A stretch of DNA of 64,000 bases. Source: an uncultured Candidatus Peribacteria bacterium (GTDB lineage Bacteria > Patescibacteriota > Gracilibacteria > Absconditabacterales > Absconditicoccaceae). Below, in pieces: positions 1 through 13,383 of this stretch (positions are counted from its first letter, which is position 1; each line of letters begins with the position of its first letter). Location: the NCBI GenBank assembly GCA_964418415.1, contig CAYQLB010000003.1, positions 12,618-76,617 of the forward strand. Reading direction: 5' to 3'. The translations under genes were made by a program, and so were the position numbers. Under the pieces are notes generated by a model, which was not told where the DNA came from, ran no database searches, and saw only the letters and a program-made list of their open reading frames with translations.

Positions 1-2
1 TT

Positions 3-521
3 ATTGAAGATATTCAGTCGCAGTATCCCATGATAACTGATGTTGGTATCGAATATCGTTCATCCAATACCGTCTTTGTAAAATTAGAATTTAGACCTAT
101 AGATATGGTGATCAGAAATCAGGAAGCGAAATTTGCGCTCATCTGAAGTACAATATTGCCGATCTATTCGGGTAATGCTATCTCGAACGGAATAAAAATT
201 TTAGATATGCCATCATATCTTAGCGGTCAAAATGCTATGACATGATTGTTTTATAGACTATCTGCTACAGGATTGATACAACAGATAGAGATGATTTATC
301 AGGGATTCCCATGACTTCATCATATCGAATATCTCGCTTGAGGAGAAAGATCTATTATCTATCTTGATGGTAAAAAATATTATATAAATAATCTTTGAGA
401 TATCCCTACACAGATAAGAAATTATCAGCTACTCAAGAAATACTATAAAGATTTTGCTGCACTATCTGAGGTTGATCTGTGAAGCTTGGAGAAAGACAAA
501 GTAATCGTAAGAAAATTCTAA
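3..521 (+). CDS. FtsQ/DivIB-like cell-division protein, C-terminal part (5' end outside window)
   Basis: Frame 3 is open from the window edge to TAA 519-521 once 5 in-frame TGA are read as Gly. The tail ...SEVDLGSLEKDKVIVRKF and the strand-like hydrophobic pattern resemble the FtsQ C-terminal domain. Similarity is weak. Confidence 0.35.
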
Positions 522-542
522 ATTAAAAAACTAAAAGATGTT

Positions 543-648
543 CCTCCTTTACTGGAAGGAGGGGGACCGGAACGGTGGAGGATTTTGTAACTTAAGTGAA
601 ATCTCCCATCCGTAAATACGGATACCTCCCTCTTTGAAATAAAGAGGG
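543..648 (+). repeat. ~105-nt five-helix structured element, copy A
   Basis: Helices cctcctt/aaggagg, accg/cggt, ggaggattt/aaatctccc, atccgta/tacggat and ccctcttt/aaagaggg. Confidence 0.75.
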
Positions 649-692
649 TACATAATAAAAAATAGACTTTAGACTTTAAGACTTTATAGACT

Positions 693-1886
693 ATGTTTAA
701 AAAAGACTTTCCTATTTTCGATAACAATCCTGGACTAATCTTTCTCGATAATGCTGCTTCGACACAGAAACCGCACTATGTCATAGAGGGTGTCTCTGAA
801 TTTGTTGCTTCATCTTATGCAAACATTCATCGTGGAGTATATTCTTTGTCAGAAAAATCAGAAGAAGCATATCATCATTCCAAAACATTGGTCGGCGAAT
901 TATTAAATGCTAAAGCGAGTGAAATCATCTATAGCTACAATTCTACCTATGCGATAAATCTAATGGCTCAATCGCTGGTGATTTCAGATATACTTAAAGC
1001 CTGAGATGTGATTCTTCTCTGAATTCGAGAGCATCATGCAAACATTCTTCCGTGGCAAGTATTGGCGGAGAGAAAATGATTTACGATAGAATTTTTTAAT
1101 ATTGACGAACAGTTCGAGATAGATCGAAATGACTTCGAAAAGAAATATACTGACAAGGTTAAAGTTGTTTCCGTAGCCCACGTTTCCAATGTCACCGGAA
1201 AGATCTATGATGTCAAAAAAATCAAATCCAAACTTCGTGATGAAACCTTTTTCTTGGTAGACGGATCACAATCAGTTCCGAATTTTCCAGTCGATGTGCA
1301 GGATATTGGATGTGATTGTTTAGTGTTTACGTGACACAAGATGATGGCGTACACGGGAATCTGAGTAATCTATCTTAAAAAAGAATGGATTAAGAAACTG
1401 GATCCTCTCATTCGCGGAGGCGGAACTATCGAGGATGTAGATATTTCAGGACATACATTAGCGACGAATTCCGACAAATTTGAAGCGGGAACTCCAAATA
1501 TCATCTGAGCGGTTTCCTTACTCAAAGCACTCGAATATATCAAATCTATCTGATGAATGAAAATGATCCGAGAGCATGAACAGAAACTTGTGAAACTATG
1601 TTTGGACGGATTCACAAAATTAAAAGGCAAGGTTGAAATTGTAGGACCGATGAATTCAGATAGAGTAGCAGTATTCTCGTTTGTACTTCCAAATAATAAA
1701 AACTTCAACAATATTGGCGAAAAATTTTCTGAATACAATATCGCAGTTCGTTGTGGTGGTCACTGTGCATATCCACTTCACAAACATTTCGATAAACTAT
1801 GAACATGTAGGATGAGCGGGTATATCTATAACGATGAATCCGACATTAAAGCTTTTTTCGATGTTCTCGAAGGACTTGTGAAATAA
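693..1886 (+). CDS. sufS: cysteine desulfurase, SufS/class V aminotransferase
   Basis: ATG 693 to TAA 1884. Motifs LDNAASTQKP, ANIHRGVY, EHHANILPWQ, FTGHKMMAYTGIG (PLP-Lys) and RCGGHCA. About nine in-frame TGA fall on Gly-compatible positions. Confidence 0.9.
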
Positions 1887-2283
1887 CGATGTAATGTGTC
1901 CACTATCAGGAGGAATCCGTTCTCACCCCATCACGTCATTCCCGTGCCAAGTGTTTGAAGAGGGAATCTATAGCGATATAGCTTTTTAGCATGGATTCCG
2001 GCTGCAAAACTTATCGCCGGAATGACGTCCAATAGTTTTGATATGGATTCTCACAGAGTTTATCCCGCAAAATGGGGTTCGTATAATGTATCGTAAACCA
2101 TTACCATCCATTACGGGCGGAAGCCCTCATTACATGAGCATTAGCGAATAAATTATTATTTAAAAGTATTATAGTATATATGTCAAGTCTTCCTAGCCGT
2201 TTAGGAGGGCTTTTTTTGTAAAAAAAGGGCTTTTGGAATATAATCTTTATATAGTACGACCTTTAGATTTTAGATTATATAGC

Positions 2284-4032
2284 ATGACTAATATCGAAAC
2301 ATTAAAAACTGAGGTGGATCAGGTAAAAATCGATCTGGATGCTTGTAAAGCAGAAACCTCTGAAGAAATCAAGAAATCCAAAGCGGAGGCAGCTGTTCTT
2401 AGAACCGAAGTTATAGAAAAGAAAGTAAAAGCCGCCAAAGAAGAGATCATCGCAAAGATTACGGCGCTTGAAGCCAAGACTGATGCGACCTCAAAGGCAG
2501 AAGTTATCGCATACAAGGCTGATCTTGCTACGATTGAAGAACGGTTGACAAGCATAGATGCTTCAAAAACGGAACTTGCTACGCTTCAGGCTACGGTTAC
2601 TACGCCAGAGCCTGCTATAACCGAAACCACAGATAAAAAAGATGAAACAAAAACGGATGATACCGATAAATCATGGATCAGGAAACAGCGGGATGGTGTG
2701 ACGAGCAAAGAAGAATGGAAGACAAATACCTGAGCGAATGTCGCCCGTATAGCATGAGGAATCGGGATAGTAGCATTAGGTGTTCGAGGGATCAAAAAGC
2801 TTTTTGGTATAGGTAAAGATAAAGAAAAGAAAGATAATTCATGAGACGAAAAGAATACAGAAGAAACAAAAGAAAAAAAATGAAATTCGTGGCGGAAATG
2901 GCTACTTGGTGGATGAATATTGGCGGCAGGGTGATATGGTCTCTATAATCTATTGAAATGAAAATGATTGAGTTTCGAAGATTCGCTTATCGCAGCAGAA
3001 GCTGATCTTGGAACTATTTCTGAATCAGATGAAATAAATATCGATAGATGAAAAATCAGCTATGAAGAATCAGTTAAACAAATAAAATCATATGGATTGG
3101 GTACAAAGATAGATAAATGAGGGTTGTTTAGTGCAAAAAAGATAGAAGGATTGGATATAAAATTCTCAGACTATAAACAGCTTATTCACGCTGCAAATCT
3201 TGTAAATTATATCAAACATAAATATACATGAAGATGTGAAACAGATACGCCTTTTTACACCAAATCATCTACATGAGATATTTATATCAAAATTAAAGAT
3301 TGAGAAAATAATACCAAAGAAGAAGAAATTATTAGTGGTGGTATTCGATCTACATTATCAAGTATATGCCCTGATGTTCTTAATGGCATATTTACCGATA
3401 CGAAGAATAAAGATAAATTTCTTGCTTATTTAAACAAACAAGGTGTTTGGAAAGAATGAAATGTAGTTGCTCCTGATGCTAAATGAGACAAGATACAAGA
3501 AAAAATGAATGAGGTTTGGCAAGAAATAGTCGATACACCAACCGAATTTGATCCATTATGAAAAGAAAGAGGACAAATAATTGCTACAGCAAATACTACG
3601 GATAAGACTGAGTATACGATTAAGAGTCGATGAACCCCACAACAGGAAACAGAAGTGAAAATGGAGGCTAATACTGATGGTACAATTACTTCATGAAAGA
3701 TAGATGGTTTGTCGATAACATTCACTACTGTGGAAGAATTATTAAGAACCGCAAATTTGATCAATAAATTAAAATATCAATACCATGTCGTAACACCATT
3801 ATTATTGGGACCAAATGAAGAAGCATTTTATCGAACGAGTTCATTTTGAATAGTATGATGACATCCATGAATATATGTTGATAATTCAACAACGTGGACT
3901 TTGGATGATAGAGTTATCAAAAAAGAGACATTAGAAAATATATTCCCTACGATTCTGAAAAACAAAGAAATATTTATTAAATATTTAAATGGATTGAAAG
4001 ATGAAAATGGTAAGGGATTGCGAGAAAAATAA
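2284..4032 (+). CDS. coiled-coil membrane protein (582 aa), short paralogue of the next gene
   Basis: ATG 2284 to TAA 4030, with more than 20 in-frame TGA. It has a ~110-aa heptad-rich N-terminus. A TM hairpin follows (ANVARIAGGIGIVALGV / Lys-Glu linker / SWWKWLLGGGILAAGGYGLY, with CGA/CGG read as W). The ~400-aa C-terminal domain has no motif I recognise. Confidence 0.7.
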
Positions 4033-4190
4033 TACAAAAAGTAAAAAAACCTTTTAAATACATATAAAGTATATATATCGTAATATGTCAATAAATATTC
4101 GTTATCAGACGGGTATTTTTTTGTTTTAAAAGGCACTTTCGGGTATAATAATTATAGAGTATATGACCTTTAATTTTGAGACCAAAGAGT

Positions 4191-7100
4191 ATGACTCCAA
4201 CAACAACTATTGAGACATTACAGAAAGATGTAGATTTGATAGCTACAGATTTGGCTGATCTCAAAAAATTGACCGATGAAAAACTCAAAGAGACCAAAGC
4301 TGAAGCAGCTGCAGATAAAGTAAAGACCGTTAAAGAAACAATCAATAAAAAGATTGAAGCGCTCAAAGGACTTACTGATGCAACTTCAAAAGCAGATATT
4401 ATTAAGCTCGAAACGATGCTTACGACATTGGAAGCTTCAAATAAAGAGCTTGAAACGCTCAAAACTGCTATTATGACTCCCAAGATAGATATCGATATCC
4501 CGGATACCAAAGTAGAGACGATGGACAATAGTGCAGACCTTGCTACCATCAAAACTAATATCACGGAAATTACCACATTGGCGACTACATTACAATCAGA
4601 GATAGATGCCTACAAACTAGCGAAAGCCAAAATGACGGCAGCAGAAATCACTGCCAAAGACAAAGATATCGTAGACAAAAAAGCAGCTATCGAAACCAAA
4701 AGGAAAGAAACCCAAGCGCTCATAGATAAAATCAAAGCAGCACGGAAAGCGCTCAAGATAAAAGATATGGAAGAAGGTGTACCCAAAACCGCATTAGAAA
4801 AACTTCAGACTGCAGATTTAGCAGTGCTTACTGCAGATCAGACAGCACTCGATAAAATACTGACTCCCGGAAGGACATTGTTTGAAAAAGTAGGTGATTG
4901 AGTTGGTAAAGTTCGAGGGAAAGTCAAAAACTGAGCTGAGAAAACACGAGAATGGGCAAAAGAAAATCCCAAAACCGCAATTGCTGCTACTGCAGGAATC
5001 GGATTTTTAGTTCGATGAATTTCCAGATTATTCAGGAAAAAGAAAAAAAGCGAAACAGGAGACGAGTGAGGAAAGAAAGAGAAGAAAAAAATGTCACGAC
5101 GAAAGAAAGCACTCTTACGATGATGAGGGATCTTGGGATGAATAGTTTTATTTAAAAATCGAGATAGAATAAGTAATCGGTTTAAAGGATTATTTGGTAA
5201 GAAAGAAGAAGATGCCGGAGGTGGTGCTACAGCATCTGAGACTATATCTTCTACCGAAGAAGCTGCAGAAAGCTTTGAAGTCTTAATGAAAGAAAAACCT
5301 GAATATGCAAACAAAATGAATACATTTTGAAATAATGTAAACGACTTTTATGATTCGATCTATAAATTTGATGACTGAACCATGCCTGAATGACTTACAG
5401 AATATACTCTTGGAACAGGGAAAGAAAAATATGTATGAGCAATTCCTCATGTACTCAATAATAGTTGTAAAGATTTAAATGATCTGAATAGCAAAGAATC
5501 TTTATTTAAACTTTGTGCTTATGGTAAAATAGCTGAAGTTCAAAAATGATTTGCTGATTTAATAGCAGGATGAGCTTGGAAAGTTGTAGGTGGTGTTATG
5601 TGAATGTTTGGTCTTTCATGACTTGTATCTGAAGAAAAGGTAAAGGGTGCTGTTTCTGGATTTCTTTGAACCAATGATATACCCGAAATCAATAAGGTCT
5701 TTAGAAAGATGCTTAAAGTTATGTCATATCTAAATTATGCAGAGAATTTAGTTGTAGCTCAACAAATAGAAAAAGCGATTGCCTGATGAGATAAGTTATA
5801 TAAAAAATCAGGTGATACATATGAAGAAATAGAATATCCAGCTGATAAAGAGGATGCTAAAGATCTGATAAATGATATCCAAAATTCTCCTAGTGATTAT
5901 AAACTTGGTGAAAAAGAATGTTCTGGTATAATAAGTGATATCAGAGGTAAAAAAATATATGATTTTGTGGAATATAATATCACTTCAGAGAAAATACGGG
6001 AATATAATCCCGATATCAAAGAGAGTATGAAAGATATCAATAAAGAAAGAGATGAAATAAGGAAAAAATTGGATAAGGATCCTGTTGGTACTTTAGAAAA
6101 AATGAAATGAGAAGCTGAGGATAAGATCGCTAATGGTATGTTTGAATCTATAAGAGACTTTATGCCTGCTTTGCATTTGGCAGAAAATATCGGTATAGGA
6201 CAAGATGCGAGTATCGAGAGAATGATCAAAGAAAGTGCTTGATTTAAAGATAATCTCGCAAAATATAAAGAAAAATTCGATCAATTGAAAACAGAAAAAG
6301 ATTTGAATAAGGTAAAAAAAGAGATAGATAATTACTATGCTACATTGAAAGAACTTCGTACAACCCAGAATGCTATGATAGAGACGTCTGATGAAAACGG
6401 AAATTTTATGCTGACCTTATGAAATTCTGCCAAGGATTTTTTTGTCTGAAGCGGTCAAAACATTACGTATGGGATTTCACTTATCCGGACAGGTAATGTA
6501 TGGAAGATTATTGAATGAACTGGATATGCTGTAACATGAGCGGGACCTTTTGTAATGGGACTGGGTATGTTTTTGAAATCAAAAAACATTATTTGTGCAT
6601 GAGCAAAAATGACTGTTGCTCCTGTCTATTATCCTATAAAATGGTGAGCAAAATTGTTCGGTAAAAATATCGAAGCAGAGTTTACTAATCTTTTGTGATG
6701 ACGTTTTATGAGTAGATTTTATCGTACTACTGATTCTCTTATTGATTGAATAGGAAAATGAATGTCCGTGAAAACTGCATATACTATTTTCAAATCCAAT
6801 GCAAAGGTTACAACATCAGTTGCAGAAAATTTTGCTTTCAAAGTATTATGAGCTACTGAGGATAATGCTAAATCTATTTGATCTCTTATTGAATCATGAA
6901 GATTTGATGTTGTGCAAAAAGCTCTTTCAAAAGATGTCTCTATACTCACGTGAGGTAAACGAATCAAAACTACTATTGGTATAGAGAAAACAACACTTGA
7001 AAATCTGACTGCTATCCAGAATATTTTGAAACAATGAGGAAATGCTTGAACAAACATGGAAAAATTTGGTTATGAACTCCTTGCAAAGTCCAATGTTAAT

Positions 7101-10100
7101 AATCGATCTAAAGTAAAGGATATATTATCAAGGGCTGATATAATGGATGATGTTAAATCTCTATCTTCGGTAGATGATGTAAATTTGCTTGCCAAAAATT
7201 TATGATCTTCTCTCGATAATGTTGAAGTTATTGATGATATTTTTGCTCAAAATTGTAAAAATGTAATTGCTTCTTTGGATGAACTCAAAAAATCATCTGG
7301 TACATGATTTAATGGTGTTATGAACTGATTGTTAGAAAAAATAGGAATTTCAAAAAAAGTGTTGAGTACTACAGAAATTACTGATGAAGCAAAAATAATT
7401 AGTGAACAGATGACTAAAATTTCTGGAGTTGCTGCTTTGGATGATGCAGCAAAAGCTAGTTTAAATATCGAGGTAAATGCAACGGCATATAGTCATCTTC
7501 TAGAAGGTACAGATAATGTAGATGATTTGACAAGAAAAATTATAGAAGAATGTAGTTTTGCAGATCATAAAGATTATTTTATAGATACACAAAAAATAGC
7601 TGAAGCAAAAGCATATGCACAATTTCTTATGGATAGTAGAAAAGTAGGTACAGCAATAGAATATACAAAAGACTTAACGCCGATAAGTAGTGTACTGAAT
7701 ATGGGAGATTATAATAAGTTAGCAAAACTCATCAATAAAGGAAAATCAGATGATATAGTAAAATTCTTAACAAAAAGGTTGGATAAAGAATGAGTAGAAA
7801 ATGCTTGAGAATTAGCACAAAAATTTGCCGATCAGACAAAAGGTATGCAAAATGCAGACAAAACAGAAGTTGCCAAGATAATAGGATTGAGTGAAAAAAA
7901 TACAGAGAAAGCAATCATCGCTATCACCAAGTCTCTTGCACAAGATAAAGTATTTGTTACTAGTATTTTAGCGCTTAATTGAGATGCAAAAGCAATTACT
8001 GAGGCATTAAATAAAAAATGCTGATTGATTTGAACTAATGTTACTATAACAGAAGAGTCTGAAATTGTCCAGAAGCTTGTTAATTGTGAAAAAGCTCAGG
8101 ATGTGGAAAAAACATTAGAATATACTTCCAAGGGATTAAAGCGAAGAATTGGTATTTCAGGTGTAACTGCAGCTCTTGCTATAGCAGGGGCAGTGATGTC
8201 TATCGTAGATACCGTACATGCATTCAATATGATAGAAACCACCAATAATGAAGATCTTAAAGATGTATATAGACAAAGAGGGTATGTAAGTGCATGATTT
8301 GCAGCTTTGGATACTTTAGTGGCAGTAGATGCTACCTGTGAATTGGCTTATTTAGCTTTCAGTGTAGGTCAATGAGCATTTATGTCTACAGGAGTAGGAG
8401 CAGTAATAATTATTGCAATACAAGGAGTTAGATATATGTATGATCAATATTCCTTGTGAGCGGAATTCCAAGCAAAAAATGCAGAAGATCGAAGAAAAGA
8501 ATGACTTTGATTATATTTTATATGGTATTATAGAAGTGGAGGAAAAACATCTTGAGAAAACGTGAAGGATTTTTTTGGTTCAGCTACAGATATGCCATTA
8601 GAAAAAATAGTAGAGTGATTGATAGATCAGACGTTATGAATACAGGAATGAGCAGGGACTCCAGATCAGCAGAGAGTGAAATGATATATGAAAGAATATA
8701 TGACAAAAAAATATGACAATAAATTAGATCATATGGAATCTGCTTTTTCTATGATGTCAGAAGCTTTGGAATATGCAACGTTTGCAGAATATATAAACAA
8801 TATCAAAAATTGAATAGTGAAACAAGATCAGATAACATGAGATATGGCAGATTTTATGTCAAAATATCCAGTAGCAAGCAATCAAGATAATCTTATAGCA
8901 TATTTCAATAAATACAAGGATTTCGTTAACGTACAACAGACACAGAACTTAGAGAAATATAGAGGTAATTTGCAGAAATATTCTGACCAAGAATTGACGT
9001 TTATCTATGAACAATTAGGAAGATATAATGATTATTATATACTTTCAGTAGAGTGAGTTAGTCTATTAACCGCAGTAAGAACACTATTAAAAGAAAAAAA
9101 TATAGATACATCAAAATTACAATTAAATTTTGAAGAACCACCAATCAATAGAGAACAGATAGAAAAATTTATTGCTACGTTAGGAGCAGAAGGAAATCTT
9201 CAAGAATCCATTGGAGATGCTAGTGAAGTGAAAGGAAAAATAGATCAAGTTATCATCAGTGATGAAGATCTTATAGAAAAATATTGAGCGGTACCGACAT
9301 TAGAGATATATACTTTTCTTAAGATAGCGAGAATATTTGGATATGCAGGAGAAGCTGATTTAGATGGAATAAAAATATTTCTCTCTGAAGAGAGTAAAGA
9401 TAAACAAGGGATCTACCGAGATTGAAATGAATGGAGGATAAATAATACGGCATTTTGGTCAGGATTTCGAAATAGATTTGGAAGAGATAGAGCAATATGA
9501 ACATGAGATAATGCAGTAAAAAATCTGAAAGATAATATAGATAAGATGGATTTTGATGATAAATATCTCTGAGCATTTGATTCTGCTGGTATCAAAACAA
9601 AATTAAATCAATTAAGGGAAGATATAGATAAAAAGATAGAAGTAGATAAAATGCAGAGCATTGCGCCTGTAAGCAAAAATGAGATAGTTGAATATCTCAA
9701 AAACAATAATTGAAAATATACCTTATTATCTATACAATTATTAAGCAGACTTTTGCAAAAGAATGCTGTTAAAAATTCAGGACATTATCTTTTTAAATAT
9801 GAAAACAATAAGATAATAGCTCTTCCATTAGATACACATGCAAAAGAAAAATTATTTTTTGTAGATGAAATAGATACATCATCGGAATCAAAATTTAAAT
9901 ATGAAATAATGACTGAATTGGATGCTAAGCCAATGTTCAATCAATTACAAGATCTCAGAAAAATCATTAATCTGGATGATGACGAATTCGATGTAAAACA
10001 AAATCCTGCGATAGAAAAGATTATTGCTGACAAGGAAATGGAAATCCAGATATTCATGAGTAATCTCAATAATTATGATAAACCGAAACAAAAAGAGTTA

Positions 10101-10601
10101 TATTATAAAAAATTAGAAGAGATTGAGGCATTTCATCAATCATTTTTGATTTCATTCTTATCACAATCTGCTGATAATACATTCTCGAACGATGTTGACG
10201 AGGAAAATGCAGATGAAAAAATACTCCAATCAACCAAATACGGTGAGTGGCAGAATTTCAACAGTGTTATTGTTAATAAATACAAAAAAGAATATAATGT
10301 TTTGCAATTATCTGATGAAATTTTAGCTAAATTAAATGGATTAGAATGATGATTTGATTATGTTAATTATTATTATAGAGGCATTTCATTAGCTATGTTT
10401 AAATCATATGTATTATATCAAGAAAATGGTCAATTCCACGCACAAGGAGATCAAAATCTGGAAATAAACGAGTTAGAAAAGAATTTATGAGAGATAAAAT
10501 CCTATAAGGAGTATATGAAACAATTCAAATGAAAAGAAACAACTGACGATATTGCATTAAATTTTAGTGGTAAAATACAACAAATAAAGACAATAGAATA
10601 A
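4191..10601 (+). CDS. giant polytopic membrane protein (2136 aa) with N-terminal coiled coil
   Basis: I checked codon by codon that frame 3 has no TAA/TAG from ATG 4191 to TAA 10599. Five track ORFs (4176, 7329, 8103, 8844, 9753) are all in this frame and are joined only by TGA. The N-terminus is paralogous to gene 2284. There are several hydrophobic helix clusters (about 4950-5150, 5560-5640, 6480-6640, 8150-8440). Confidence 0.75.
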
Positions 10602-10622
10602 TTTTATTCTTTATATTTTATT

Positions 10623-11573
10623 ATGTCCGGAGATCAAGAAACAACGCAAGAAAATTCAGAAGAAACCACACCAGAAGACGAGTCATCAGAGATGACGATT
10701 GAAGATACAAAAGAGCAATTGGCTAGCATGTATCTCAAATTTCTCGATGAGAAAAAATGAGGGATATTGGGTACTACAGCATGATTGGGTGTTAATCTCA
10801 ATCCGCTTCAAAAAGACGCGGTAGAATATTTGACTACGGATAAAACAGTCCCAGATAAAAAAGATTTTTTCTCAAACATAGGGAAAAACATCAAAAAGAA
10901 ATTTGTAGAAAAGTTTACCGGATGAACTATGTTGGAATATAATAAAGCAAGTCTGAATAAAATGAAAGCTCTGATTACTCAATATAAAGATGATCAGACA
11001 AAATTGCAGGAGCTTATGACACAGATAGAAGACGGTATAGATCCTACCATAGCAGCAGTAGCTGCTACTACACCAGTCGTCGCTGATGCTGTTACACCAG
11101 ATACCAAAGTGGAATATGACGACAAAACCAATAGAGAGAAGGTATTAACCCAATTAAATAAGGTAATAGAAGAAGATAAGAAGGACCCTATCAATTATCT
11201 CTGGTGAGGAAAAAAGGATCCCGAAGGCTGATTAGATTGTTCGTGATTGATTTATTATACACTAGATCAGGCATGATTGAAGACGTCACTCGATTCTAGA
11301 TCGATGTTTAATGATTTCGATACCAAGAAATTGGAGCTCAAGGAGTGAACACATGAGGTAACTACCGATGTTTCTGATATCCAGGAAGGCGATATCATCC
11401 GATGGAATAGTACAAATAAGGACTATAGCCGAAGGACATGAGCATTTTATGCAGAGAACGGAATCAATGATGTAGATATTATCGACGATGATACAGTAAA
11501 ATCAAAATTCAGTCGATTATCGTCTGAAGCTAACCAGACAACATTCCTTAATTTCGTAAATGCTATGAAATAA
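10623..11573 (+). CDS. NlpC/P60-like cell-wall peptidase (catalytic His not evident)
   Basis: ATG 10623 to TAA 11571. Motif YLWGGKKDPEGGLDCSGLIYYTLDQAGL is the NlpC/P60 Cys box, with 4 of its Gly encoded by TGA. GDII follows downstream, but I found no HVG-type His. Confidence 0.65.
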
Positions 11574-11604
11574 TATCTTTTATCTTTTTCTCCACTAATC
11601 GTCA

Positions 11605-12687
11605 ATGACAGAGTGAGGCCCAATAGAAAAGAATCTATGATTGGATAATCTCCTTCAGGGTATCACCGGATCAACATCCGAAGAGGTTTTGGCATTGAAA
11701 GAAGAAATAGCTGAAAAATATATCGAAAAACTCAAGACAGAGAAGGGGGAGTGATTATGATCTTTGATTATTGGTGAAGGTAAATCATTGAAAGATTATT
11801 TGGTATCCAAAAATATAGGAGATAAAGTACGAGATAATATAAAAGGAGTGTTCCTCTGAGGACTATTTACCGCGGTTGATCAGAAATCATTCGAAATAGA
11901 TGGAGTAAAATATAATTCTATCTTCGATTATCTCAAACCAATGAAAGAAGAATTGGATGCAGCAAACACCAAGGAAGCTTTGGAAGAGTTAAAAGATAAA
12001 ATACTGAATTGAGTGACAATAGTAGATGATGATAATCAACAAGAACAACCACAAGACACAGAAAACACTACAGATATATTGCCTATATATACAAAGTATA
12101 AATATTTGAAGGTCGGGGGTATTGTTGCTAAAGAAGATATTACATATGTTGAAGCTAATGCTGAGAATATTGTAGAACATTTACAAACAAAGGGATCATT
12201 GAGTAAGATTGAGGAAATAAAGGATGTTGATGGTAATGTTGTATTAGAGTGTAGATGAAAAACTCCATATATTCATTCCAAGGCTGCTTCAGATCTTATT
12301 TGACTCTCTTTGTTATATTACAAAAAAACATGAAAAAAATTTCTTTTGGAAAGTGCATATAGGACAATAGATCATCAAGAAGAGCTTAAAGAAAAAAATG
12401 CGGCTACATGAGTACCTACAGCAGATCCATGATATAGTTGACACAATTTATGATATTCTATAGATCTTAGTCAAGAAACAAGGTATGATGTAAAAATCGG
12501 TGGTGTTGCTTGATTAAAAAAATTAGCCGAAATGTTTGATTTTCATCCAATATCGTCAGAAGATTGGCATTTTGATTATTCAGAATTTGTAGATAAATAT
12601 TATAACGACAAAGAAGCAAGGCTTCCAGAAGCACAGAAGTTAGATGATTTATTTGAAAATGAACAGGAATATCGTCAAGCAGCCTAG
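11605..12687 (+). CDS. peptidase M15 (VanY-type D-Ala-D-Ala / LD-carboxypeptidase) with N-terminal extension
   Basis: ATG 11605 to TAG 12685. C-terminal motifs are SAYRTIDHQEEL, PGYSGHNLGYSIDL (SxHxxGxAxD) and SSEDWHFDY (ExWH). Confidence 0.8.
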
Positions 12688-12713
12688 ATATCTTTAATGA
12701 TTTTCTTTACTAC

Positions 12714-13301
12714 TCAGATCACTTTGGTTTCATCATATTTCGTTATTTCTACATTATCAAAAAATCTGTTCACGGACTCTAGATAGAGTTTACCATCTTG
12801 TTTCACTATTTTTTTCAGTTTAGGTAGATCATTGTGGATGATAAAGACATAATCATTCACATCATAGCTTGGTTGTTGTTTAATCAAGACGAGATCTCCA
12901 TCTTGGATCTTTGGTTCCATACTATTCCCTTTCGCTCTAACGAAAAAACATTTATTGACATCTTTTACTCCCAACATCGCTATCGTTGCGGGAATTTTTT
13001 CCTGGGTGTATTCATCAAGGATATGTTTTCCTTTATTTCCACATTGAGCGAATCCGTAGATAGGAAGCTGGACAATGTCATTTAAACTGTCCGTGATACT
13101 TTCTCTGATTAATCTATATCCTTGTTCATCTTTTACGAAATACCCTTTCAATACTAATTGATTTAATTTATTGAGCACGGTCTGTGGGTGACTTGCTCCG
13201 ATATTGTGGGCGATTTCTCTTAGGGTAATTCACTCCTGGTTCGTATTCTTTTTGAAGAAAGCTATCAATGCCTTTTGTACGTTATCAAGATCTTTTTGCA
13301 T
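12714..13301 (-). CDS. lexA: LexA-like repressor (wHTH + S24 peptidase)
   Basis: ATG at 13301 (MQKDLDNVQKALIAFF..), stop at 12714-12716. C-terminal S24 motifs are AKGNSMEP and LPKLKKIV. It is divergent from recA. There is one in-frame TGA. Confidence 0.8.
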
Positions 13302-13383
13302 TATACTATAATTAAAAGATTAAAAGACAGTAATGTTTTGTAATGTATAGTAATGAATTCGCTACGCTCATGTAATGTATTGT

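Noticed and set aside
556-562. AAGGAGG and GGAGG strings (also 60004-60011) as Shine-Dalgarno sites
   Set aside because: They are the 3' halves of hairpin stems in the five-helix element and lie 45-160 nt from the nearest start codon. Genes in this window generally lack SD sequences.
2319-5314. Minus-strand ORFs 2319-2555, 2586-2795, 4088-4576 and 4838-5314
   Set aside because: They are Ser/Ala/Val-rich mirror images of the Lys/Glu/Ala/Thr coiled-coil coding regions on the plus strand. The plus-strand frames continue for kilobases.
2284-12687. The giant gene plus two hydrolases as a prophage tail/tape-measure-lysis cassette or an ICE
   Set aside because: No capsid, terminase, portal, integrase, relaxase or att-like flanks were seen. 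The giant protein has many TM helices, unlike tape-measure proteins. I kept it as an unexplained envelope operon instead.
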